A stretch of DNA of 59,888 bases, counting the filler, from Basidiobolus ranarum (taxonomy: Eukaryota): assembly GCA_040143965.1 (NCBI GenBank). It is 2 parts of 2 records of this genome, joined end to end, with 100 filler letters (N's around TTAATTAATTAA, not from the genome) between each part and the next. Parts side by side here need not be neighbours in the genome. Positions count along the whole stretch, not along the records: positions 1 to 29,933 come from JASJQH010006977.1; positions 30,034 to 59,888 come from JASJQH010006978.1. One strand, 5' to 3'. A program made the position numbers and the translations under genes. Shown here one piece after another: positions 23,970 through 33,430 of this stretch (its first letter is position 1; the number at the start of each line of letters is the position of its first letter). A model generated the notes under the pieces. The model made no database searches and was not told the DNA's origin. It was given only the letters and a program-made list of their open reading frames with translations.

Positions 23970-24416
23970 TTATAAATTGCAAACAGTGTAGTTACCCTCA
24001 AGGTCAGCGCTCAATTTAAACAAAGGAGTTTGGGAAAAGCAGTTGCTATCTTCACCAGGAGTACTAGCATACACCCCAAGATAATAAACATCATCTCTTT
24101 GCAGACAAAGTGGTACGGAGAGATCAAATGAGAGTTGACCATCGGTGGCATTGGCACCTGGGAAACTCATATATTGTGCGTGAAGAAATTCATTGCTTTT
24201 GGCACTGAAAAGTCCTACTTCTCTGATGTATTCGACTTTGGAGTTTTGAGTACTCCAAGTCAAAGTTACGTTATCATTGGGTGCAAATGTGGTGAGTTGT
24301 TCGGAATTCTTTTCAAGGGCAAACAACATCCAGTCACCACATTCGCTGGCAGGGAGAGGGGTAGCGGAGACCTGGGCAGCTAAGGCAGCCAAAACGCATG
24401 CAAAGAAAGATTTCAT
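23970..24416 (-). CDS. Small secreted protein with beta-sandwich-like (Kre9/Ser-Thr-GPI-family-like) domain
   Basis: Signal peptide MKSFFACVLAALAAQVSA, pattern 'FAPNDNVTLTW...LSFDLSVP...YYLGVY...FSQTPLFKL', four Cys in the mature part, TATA upstream (~24480). Confidence 0.75.
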   Translation of the reverse strand: MKSFFACVLAALAAQVSATPLPASECGDWMLFALEKNSEQLTTFAPNDNVTLTWSTQNSKVEYIREVGLFSAKSNEFLHAQYMSFPGANATDGQLSFDLSVPLCLQRDDVYYLGVYASTPGEDSNCFSQTPLFKLSADLEGNYTVCNL

Positions 24417-24805
24417 CTTGTGGATTTGTAAAGAAAATGAGGTACTGACGATAGGAATTTAGTAACGAATGAATGACTTATATATACTCACTCACCGGAG
24501 TTGTTACTTCCGTACTCAAAAGGTTTTCCATTCCATAGGACCCATAAAGAAACAAGCATAATTACCGTTCTTTCTAATTCAATTGACAAAATACTCCTAT
24601 TTACCATGTTTTCTAATTTAGTTAACCAAATATTTCAGTTATTTATAGCTCAGAGTGAAGATATACTTCATTCAGACAAGGCTGTGGAAAGTTCCACTGA
24701 CAACGAAGATATGTGGTGGAGATTTTTTCATTCTACAAGTTATGCTCAGCACCTAGCATACAGTGTAAAGTGCATGGATCAAATTTAGGAATTGGAGCTA
24801 AGTGA

Positions 24806-24862
24806 CCCTGTCAGTGTGGCCCTGTCAAACAGCTTAAAATGATTGTAGCCCTGTCAAACAGC
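24806..24862 (+). repeat. Direct repeat GCCCTGTCAAACAGC x2 plus a partial CCCTGTCA
   Basis: Exact 15-mers at 24819-24833 and 24848-24862, partial copy at 24806-24813. Confidence 0.8.
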
Positions 24863-25765
24863 CATCGATCAGTGATCATATACCTAACCCTAAATCGGGC
24901 TATCAGCACTTACATATATGGCAAGTCTAAGGGGTCTATATTGGTACAAATCAAGTAACGGGAGCATTGGCATAAATGTAAATACTGGATGTGAATACTG
25001 AATTTGAATACTAGATGCGAGTATGGATGTAAATACCATGATTCTCTACTTTTGATAAGGTTGAATGCGACATATATTCTGCTCTCTAACTATATTGCAC
25101 ATTTTTGCGAGTTATTCAAGTGGTTGTCTCATTGTAGTGTTCTTATCTGATGGCATGAGTTAAATTACGTCATGAATTCGAAATTTCAAATGGAATTCTG
25201 TTCACAATCGTGGTTGTAATCGTGATAGTAGGCTATTTATAAACCATGGGCAATATCAGGCTTATTTAGTTAGTTAAATAGTTAATCTAGGTTCCTGTCA
25301 CTTTACCATATATATACATATTCAATAGTAATAAAAAACCATCGCTACCCTGTTTAATTACTGAATGAGTCTAGACAAATACCAGCAGGACATTAAATCA
25401 TGGCTAGTAGATATGAAGTAGACTACACGTGACTCTGAAGCTTTTTTAGTAATTGTTCTCAAGTGACATTACAATTTGAGCTACAATCCATATATGTATG
25501 AAGGGCTACTATCTCCTGTATATTTATAGATCATTGTATTGGCTGATATACATTCACAAGTTCATTATTCTACGGCATATTAGTTTAGTACCATTGGTTA
25601 TCACACATGGTAATCGCATAAATGTTAACTAAATGTTGCCTGAATCTTTTACCTACACACAGGTGCTGAATGTCCACTGATTGATCAGTTAAGCAATCGT
25701 GTTAAAAGGTGTTTACTTAATAGTTTTCAATTCGGAATAAGTATAGGGTAAGTAGAGAAAACTAT

Positions 25766-26785
25766 TCAGTTACAAGTAGTAGGTTTAGGCTTAGGAATAC
25801 ACTTCTTGGTTTTGGGTACGCACTTCATAGGTTTGGAAGTTGAAGTTGGAAGATCGATGGTGGTTAAGCCAGATTCTGATTTTGAGCTATCCCTGGATAT
25901 TGCTGTGGGAGCAACGGCCGAAGTTAAGTTATTGCTGGTTGTTGGTGTGGGAGCAGCGGCTGAAGTTGAGCTATTGCTAGTTGTTGAGGGCGGAGTAGTG
26001 GAAGTTAAACTATTGCTGGCGATTGTAGAGGGTGCAGGATGGGAAGTTGGTGCTGTAACCGTTACAGTTGATATAGATACGCTGACAGAGACATAACTCG
26101 AAGGTGTATAGGTCAAAGAGTCTGTCCCAATTCTAGTAGATTTCATAGCATTAACGCTTCGGGTAATACGAGTAGGACCTAGTGTTTCTATAACAGTAAC
26201 AGGGTTGTGGTAAAGAGTCATTAAAGTACCATCCTCTGTAGCAGTGACTGGATTGCGATCACCAACCATGTAGGTGAGCGTAGGCCCCGGGATTGTATTA
26301 ATTATTCGTCGAGGATCAAAGCTTTCAATAACTGTATATATGTAGGAATTCCCGAAAGTAGGACCGGTAGCAGTGTACAAGTCTGGAATCTCACCACTCT
26401 TTAGATTATGAGTCCTTGTTTGTTGAAGTATAGTGTCAGTTGCGGTTGAAAACCAAAGAGATCTAGTAATAGTTTTCCGCGGAATAGATTGTACAATTGT
26501 CATATCTGGCTTCACTCGGGTCATAGTGGACCCAGAGATGGTTCGGGTGACAGATTGTTTGCCAATCTTGTCGGTGTATGTTGCATCAGGTATAGTGTTA
26601 GTATCAATTTGTCCTAAGATTGTATCACTTTGTGTGTGAGCCTGGATAGTTGCAGTCAAAAGCTCAGGAATAACGTCCAGAGTCAAAACTTGGAAGGGGT
26701 ACTCCACAGTTACAGTAGATTGTCCACGGATTGAAGTGCTAAAGGCTAACAGGAATAGAACACACTTTTGGAGTCTGAAGGGCAT
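25766..26785 (-). CDS. Secreted Thr-rich mucin/adhesin-like protein
   Basis: Probable start MPFRLQKCVLFLLAFSTSIRG (signal peptide). Thr/Ile/Val-rich internal repeats, a Ser/Thr/Pro stalk and a Cys/Lys/Pro tail (KPMKCVPKTKKCIPKPKPTTCN). Confidence 0.75.
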   Translation of the reverse strand: MPFRLQKCVLFLLAFSTSIRGQSTVTVEYPFQVLTLDVIPELLTATIQAHTQSDTILGQIDTNTIPDATYTDKIGKQSVTRTISGSTMTRVKPDMTIVQSIPRKTITRSLWFSTATDTILQQTRTHNLKSGEIPDLYTATGPTFGNSYIYTVIESFDPRRIINTIPGPTLTYMVGDRNPVTATEDGTLMTLYHNPVTVIETLGPTRITRSVNAMKSTRIGTDSLTYTPSSYVSVSVSISTVTVTAPTSHPAPSTIASNSLTSTTPPSTTSNSSTSAAAPTPTTSNNLTSAVAPTAISRDSSKSESGLTTIDLPTSTSKPMKCVPKTKKCIPKPKPTTCN

Positions 26786-27721
26786 TCTGTTAGGTCTTGG
26801 AGAAGTGCTGAATATGCTTGTTACAGAGAGGATTATGGACCGTTTTATGGATTCTTCCCTTCGATCAAGTCTATCTATTTTTATTAACAAAAAGGTCATT
26901 CTACTTTACCAAAGACGATCTAGGTATAATTGAGAACATATATTGAAAACAGGGATGTCTTTCTTTGTTTGTCAAAGTGCAAGAAAGTTGATGTTGTTAT
27001 TGAACGCTGTCTATTTTTCATCATTAGATCTCCACAAAAAAAGCAGTTTTGGGAACTTGCTTCATTAAAACCCAATCAGCAACAAATCTGTTTGGACTAG
27101 CTAGTGTTCAGATATTGCCTCAAGTATTTGGAGTTCTGCAAATATAATGAATGTAGAATAGTATCGCATGGCATGGTAAAACCAAACCAATCGGTGGCGG
27201 TGTTTCACTTATAAATAAACGTGAATTACATTTGGCTTTTCCGAGTGGATATAGTCAAATTCAAGCGGATCCATATCTCGAAACCCGTCCAATTGAGATT
27301 TTGTCGTGGTTCGTTGTAGAGCGGTATAGTATTGAGAAACGGTACTGTATGCATTTGAGGAAATTTGGCAATTATTAGAAACAGTACTAAAAATTAGCAA
27401 AACACCACAAATCGCGTATTTGTAAATCATATGTAAAGAATCACCAGCTTATGCCTAGTATAGAAACTAGTGGGGAGCACTCGTAGCGACTCCAATAATT
27501 CGTCCGATAGCACTTAGCGATAATACTGTATGTAAGTATCTCGCCAACCACTGCTAAGAGTTAGGATCCTATACGCGACGACAAAAAACCTGAGAAAATA
27601 TTGCTACAATTGTAAAAACCTGAAACCATGCGCACAAATAGCCTACAAAGGCCTCTGTTTGCGTTTACATCCATGAGTCAACTTGTAAACGAAATATTGT
27701 ACAAATATTAACGAATCAAGC

Positions 27722-27769
27722 GGTGAGAGATGAGAGGTGAGAGATGAGAGATGAGAGGTGAGAGATGAG
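27722..27769 (+). repeat. 7-bp minisatellite (GAGAGAT/GAGAGGT)n
   Basis: ggtgagagatgagaggtgagagatgagagatgagaggtgagagatgag. Confidence 0.85.
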
Positions 27770-28892
27770 TTAGAGTTCAACTGATTGCAACAGAAATTGT
27801 AATATCAGGTTCAGAGCTGACAGTTGCAAATTAAACAGCAACCACATGGGTACGCTTTCAGAAATGTTAACAGATGTTGTTGAGACATAGAGGGATGGAT
27901 CTGTTTAATTCATAAACTTAACCTCTGTCCAGTAGTAACGGTTCACTGTTATCTCATCCGTTCACCATATAACCCAATCTCATATTAGCTCTCGTAGTCT
28001 TAATACTATTTGATAATGAACTGGTTATGCCGACACGGCAAATGCTTGGCAAAGTGGCGCGACTTTACTGCAAACATCGTAGAAACCCGAAAATCATAGT
28101 AGGCTACGTATCTATTTTTATGGCAAACTTAACTAAGGTAATTTGTTAAGTTTCCAGTACCGTAAATACTATTTGTAAGATAACTTTGTGAAGGAGGAAA
28201 CAAAAAAGACAGTGCATACACATTTATCCGTACATAGTCTTCGGTGAGACTAAAATTAACTCGATCAGATTATTTCACTCTTATATCTTTACCAATGGCA
28301 AGTAGATTAGAGTTAGGAGAGCCCAAATGCTTATATTATTAGTGAAGGTCGAGGCTAACTGTCCACATTGCTAATTCTTGGTGTTACTCGTCTTGCGAGG
28401 AATTCAAGCAATCCGCATCAATTTCTCACAAAATTGATTAAACGGAGACAAATTATTAACTATCAATTTCAAATTGAACCACACACATACTTATTATTAG
28501 AGCGTTGTCCATTCTGGGTTAGACTCGATCGCGATCCTCTCTTATCAGTTGTAATTTCAATTCCTAATTTTCGATTGGCCAATCCTAAATGGTTTAATCC
28601 ATATATTAGAATCCTATATTCCTGAACATCTGCGGAATATCTAGTCATTTCATTTCAAATCCAATGCAACTTCCAGGAACTTCAAAGCTTCATAACGATA
28701 GTCCTTACCATATATATAAACACTCAAAACAGTGGTAATAACTATGCTCTTATATATATAACAAATCAGTGACGTCTTTATGGATGTTGATTAAAAAATC
28801 ACAATATACAAACGAGTTCGGTTCCGACTATTCGGTCAAGGTCAGGGTTGTTATTTGTAGCATTTACAATACTTGATTAGTGTTCTGATTTA

Positions 28893-28943
28893 GATTTCCA
28901 ATGTATATCTGTGTGATTTCCAATGTATATCTATGTGTGATTT
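28893..28943 (+). repeat. 22-24-bp tandem duplication downstream of the Fanzor relic
   Basis: gatttccaatgtatatctgtgt / gatttccaatgtatatctatgtgt / gattt. Confidence 0.85.
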
Positions 28944-29024
28944 AGACAGTGTTTTAGTCTGAAATGAGATGAATTAAAAAAATCAATGGGACAATCACAA
29001 AAAATTGGTTTCTTGTAAATTAGT

Positions 29025-29933
29025 TTCTTTGGCTGTCATTTTTCTCATTCTGACTCCTCTATTGGGCTCATGATACTTTACATTTCCAGTCAACCAGTTA
29101 CCAAGTATTAATATAGTATCATTCCCAAACTTCTCTCGAAGATTCTTGCCAAGCCATTTGTCTGATTGTTGTTGGTTAATGAAACTTGAGAGCTTCATTT
29201 TTCTAAAAGGTAACAAACCGCTGGTACGCCAGTCTTCTCCTGCAGGGTGATCTTCATTTGAGTAATATGCTCTCAAGACTGGAGTAGTTTTGACTTTTCT
29301 TGAAGATATTTGACAAACATGTCTTTTTTTGGCATTTGAAGATTTCAAATGTGATAGGGAAAGCTCTGTTGCGATGACTTGGTCTGTCTTTAAGTTCTCT
29401 CTGAGCTTCCTGAATTTTCTGTATTTGTTTCAACCACTTTTTGGTTGCTTGTATATCAGTAAACCATTTTGTTCTCAGCAGTACTTTCTTTGTGCATACA
29501 GTACAGCAAATCACAATGCCCAGGATCCATTAGCACACATTTGCCAACATTGGCCTTCAACTCTTCTCTTCCCAACTTCTCCACTTACTGAAGCCTCTCT
29601 TTTGAAGCAAGAGACTTTGACTTTGTACCACTGCCACCACTACCCTTCTTCTTCATGTAGCTTCATTGCCTTTGATGTGACATTAATAACAGTTCCCCAT
29701 ACTGCTTCTTTGTCCAAATGGCTGGTGATAGAATTCTCCAAAATTTGAGTATTTATCAGTTGTCCTGTAGGATGGTATGAAGCCCCTTCTTGACAGAGAG
29801 CAGTTGAATAGTTTGTTTTGGAGAGCTTTGCACATGCTTGACAGTCTGGCATACACCTTTATATGCTTCTAAGGGTTGCTTTTGCAGTTGTAATAGATAT
29901 TGAAATTATTTAGGGAGAAATATTGGTCTGGCC
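29025..29933 (-). pseudogene. Degenerate Fanzor1 (eukaryotic TnpB-like RuvC nuclease) gene fragment of a DNA transposon
   Basis: Stitched minus-strand translation: IYYNCKSNP*KHIKVYARLSSMCKAL..LFNCSLSRRGFIPSY / LDKEAVWGTVINVTSKAMK / *VEKLGREELKANVGKCVLMDPGHCDLLYCMHKESTAENKMVY*YTSNQK / RKFRKLRENLK / LPFRKMKLSSFINQQQSDKWLGKNLREKFGNDTILILGNWLTGNVKYHEPNRGVRMRKM. This contains RuvC-I (DPG) and the GNW..G...HEP..G..MR block typical of fungal Fanzor1. Several stops and frameshifts; the 5' part is cut by the contig end. Confidence 0.85.
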
Positions 29934-30033
29934 NNNNNNNNNNNNNNNNNNNNNNNNNNNNNNNNNNNNNNNNNNNNTTAATTAATTAANNNNNNNNNNN
30001 NNNNNNNNNNNNNNNNNNNNNNNNNNNNNNNNN
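29934..30033. other. Artificial contig-joining linker (N44-TTAATTAATTAA-N44)
   Basis: 100-nt spacer with a six-frame-stop palindrome at 29978-29989. Confidence 0.95.
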
Positions 30034-31648
30034 AATATTAGGTATGAATTAAGATGCGCTGGTTGAATTCGAGTTCCCAAAAGTTAGAATCTGGTAGTAT
30101 CATAGCACAAGACCTTGTTTCATTATAATAGAGATAACATACCTGTATTCTAGATTTGAAGCATAAGTACCATTGTGGTGAACTCAGATGTGTTGGTTTA
30201 CATCACACCTAACCAGTCAAATCGAAATTCCTTTAATCTTGGCAATTATACAAAAAACCCACTCGCTGGGCCTCTAATCAAGCTAATCTAACAGTATTTA
30301 AGTATATAACTTGTGAGTGGCATGGGTTAGGTTGGTTTTATTGATCTTCTCTGTTGATCGTTTGTATCTGCACTTGTTACAATGGTTTTTTTCAAAACTA
30401 ATCCGAAGAGAAATATTTACGTCCAGTGAGTTGCAATCCCACAATTAAATATCATCGCAATCTAGGTTCAAAATCAAGGGATCATTCTCACTAGAAAATC
30501 AATTCTCAGTAGGAAACTTTTACCTGTTATTTTATAATAACAATTAGTTTTCAACATGATGTAATCAGGGCGACATTACTCACTTGTGATTAAATCCCCC
30601 AGGTGAGCTCGGATTGCAACCCGGGTAGTTCACCGTTTACTGACTTGAGAAATCACAATCTACCATTTATCAAACATGTGAACATAACCAATATTAATTC
30701 CAAATAGAATACAATCGTTGTGTAGCCTATTCATTGTAGAATAGCACGATGTTAACCAATTTTGAATGAAGAAACGGCAACTGGAATGTAGTGTTGTTCG
30801 ATATAAGTTAACTCTACTGTCTTGTTTCACTAATATAACTGGAAGTGTAGAGAGGATATAATCCTTTCTCCAATGGATATATATTCTACTATGTTTCGTT
30901 CTTAGATTATTACTTTATTGATATAAGTCATTTCCTTCGGTTTCTTTTGGCAAGAGCCTTGGACCGATCACCAAACATGGCTCAGAATGCAGTACTTGTT
31001 TCCAATCAGAAAGATAGGTACTTGAAGTTACAAATCCTCAATCTTTCAGACCTCGATTCAAGTTCGATGGTCTTAGGCGTAGGTCAACTGCCATCATGGT
31101 TGATTGATCGAATCCGATCTCGACAGAAATCTACCATGATGATTACATCAGTTAGGGACATCATATTGAGCTAACGCTCCTGATGAGAAAAACTGGGAAA
31201 TTAGATAGTTAATCTGAGTTTGATTTTACCGTTCGAAACAATATTTGGTCCTTAGATAAAAATTAGAAGTTGTTTGCAGGTTTAAAAATCAGTTGGAGTG
31301 CAATATTTGCTAATCATAAAGTTGAACATATATTACTTTGGATTCATCACCGTGTTTGAAGAGTATCTTAATCAAGTACAGTAACAAGTTATTTCTCTAT
31401 CTAATTTATAAAAGCATCACAGATATTCTCTTTTCTAGTTAGTAGCTCATTTACGATTTAACGAATGAAACATTAAGTCATGTTGGTATTACCTGGTGAC
31501 TCATGTAGTACATGACTGTTTAGTGCTTAGGGTGATGATGAATATCCAAATGAATTCCAGCACCAGGGTTTTATGATAAAACGCCGCAATTCACGTTAGA
31601 GTATGCTTTAACATTTTAGGTTAATTCTGCTAGAGTGTGAAGTTCAAC

Positions 31649-32287
31649 ATGCCTAATGCTCCTTTTGACTACAACCTTCCATATACCACCCTCAATCTTC
31701 GTGAAGCTCCACACCTGTATCACATTGGTATAGGTGAGCAGGGAGTTCTTTTAGTTGAACCCTACAAATCTGAACTACTCCCTTTATGGCGTTTTCGTAC
31801 ACCTGACATTGCACGTGAATCCTCTCAAAGTCTACAAGCTAAATTTGAAGAATATAAAAAAGTTGGGGACTTCATTGGAATGGATATGGCTCGTAAGTTC
31901 ATTCAAATGGGTGTTACCAGATCAAGACGATATGCGAATCACAAAGGAGGTAGAAAATACAGAAAAGCTAAAGAGGGTGAGGTTATTATGGGAAAGGGGA
32001 AGAGAGCTAAAGAAGGGAAAATTGAACTTCCGAGAGATACAGAAGATCCGGTGAAAGCTGAATCAGCCAGAATCTTCGGCGAAGTTTTAAAACTGGTGAA
32101 AGACGATAAAACCTACCAAGAGTTAACGAAGAAACACAGAGACATGTATGAGACTGGACCAGGAGTGGAAGATTCAAGCACCAAACAGGAGAATGGCGTA
32201 AAAAAGCGAAAAGTAGCTCAAAAGGCTGTATTTAAACAGTCAAATGCTAAAGTACCTCTAAGGAGAAGCCCCCGAGGAAAGAGATAG
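31649..32287 (+). CDS. DUF4385 family protein, intronless
   Basis: GEQGVLLVEPYKSELLPLWRFRTP...GDFIGMDMARKFIQMGVTRSRRYANHKGGRKY...KAESARIF. ATG at 31649. Confidence 0.88.
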   Translation: MPNAPFDYNLPYTTLNLREAPHLYHIGIGEQGVLLVEPYKSELLPLWRFRTPDIARESSQSLQAKFEEYKKVGDFIGMDMARKFIQMGVTRSRRYANHKGGRKYRKAKEGEVIMGKGKRAKEGKIELPRDTEDPVKAESARIFGEVLKLVKDDKTYQELTKKHRDMYETGPGVEDSSTKQENGVKKRKVAQKAVFKQSNAKVPLRRSPRGKR

Positions 32288-32589
32288 TAATAGAAGTTTC
32301 CATTTCCAAATGGTCAAAACATCACAACATTGGCTTTGTGTATAGAATGCATATGTATAAACTATTCTTAGAAAAAGCAACCTCTATTTAGTATTGACTA
32401 TATATAATAGTGGCACGATCAACGATAACACCTGATAACACCTATAAAGGAATATCTTGGAAAAATATTTTCCTTCCCTAATGCGTCAATAGGATTTCAG
32501 CTTAGCTATATATATAAACACCAGGCCGGGATAACTTAGTTTACTTCTTGTATAATATCTACTCTGTATCCAAGCTTATCATACCAACC

Positions 32590-33362
32590 ATGCGCCTCTT
32601 CTCTTTGACTATTTTAATATGTGTATCTTCAATCTTGGGACAAAATGGTATGTACAAATAGTAAAGACTTGGCGTAATCTATCTATACATTTATTAAGCC
32701 TAGCTCTTTTAGCCTCTAACAATTCAACCTTAACTTCTACGATTGGCAATGATACTTCATCGACTCAAAGTACTAGTTCAAATAGCACAAACTCGACGAT
32801 CTCCAGCCCAAATAGTACCAACTCAACTAATACTGGCTCAAATAACACCAATTCAACTGACAATAGCTCAAATAACAGCACGGCCGATATACCTGCAAAC
32901 TATCCCAGTGGACGATTGGACTTGATTAAGCCAGCGAACGAGTATAATAGTCTTGTTTTGTTCGGCATCGGTAGCAACGTTTCGTTTGCGTGGAAGTATG
33001 GCACATACTTGCGCATACTGCCCGAATATTTAATCTTTGATATTAAGGTCCCTGGTGATCAAAGCTACTATACTATTGGTAGTAATATTACGAACACAAC
33101 AGAATGGGTTTGGGATACGAGCTCCTTCAATCAAACTAAGTTAACTCAAGGTAAAGGTTACACGTTGTTCATTTCCAATCAAAATGGCCCAACAGCTTCT
33201 CCAGAACCCGGTCAGTTGGCGCCATTCTCGTTGTCTTTTAACATGTACAACCCTGTCAACGGCCCCATATGCGCGACATGTTTGTCATCAGCAATATCCC
33301 ACCACGTCAACCACATTGCTTTAGGTCTTGCTATGCTAGTAATGCAAATGTTGCTCTACTAA
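32590..33362 (+). CDS. Secreted/cell-surface protein, DUF7137 (S. pombe SPBC1E8.05)-like, 2 exons
   Basis: Exon 1 signal peptide MRLFSLTILICVSSILGQN then a gtatgt donor. N/S/T-rich stalk; IGSNVSFAWKY, WVWDT, YTLFI, PGQLAPF, FNMYNP, CATC motifs; hydrophobic C-terminus (TM or GPI signal). TATATATAAA upstream. Confidence 0.8.
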
Positions 33363-33430
33363 TCGTAGATATTCAATTCAAATAAAAGTGCGTTTATTAG
33401 TATACATATTACTATATATATGAACATAAC

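Noticed and set aside
24806-24862. Repeat-spacer-repeat pattern resembling a mini CRISPR array
   Set aside because: Only two full 15-bp copies with a 14-bp spacer, in a eukaryote with no cas genes. More likely transcription-factor sites or a slippage duplication.
24976-25036. Degenerate ~12-bp tandem repeat (TACTGGATGTGAA-like)
   Set aside because: A short decayed minisatellite with no evident function.
27209-27430. 73-aa minus-strand ORF with a hydrophobic start
   Set aside because: No recognisable family or extendable splice structure; cannot be supported as a gene.
30947-31174. 75-aa ORF upstream of DUF4385
   Set aside because: TTG start, no motif and no splice support.
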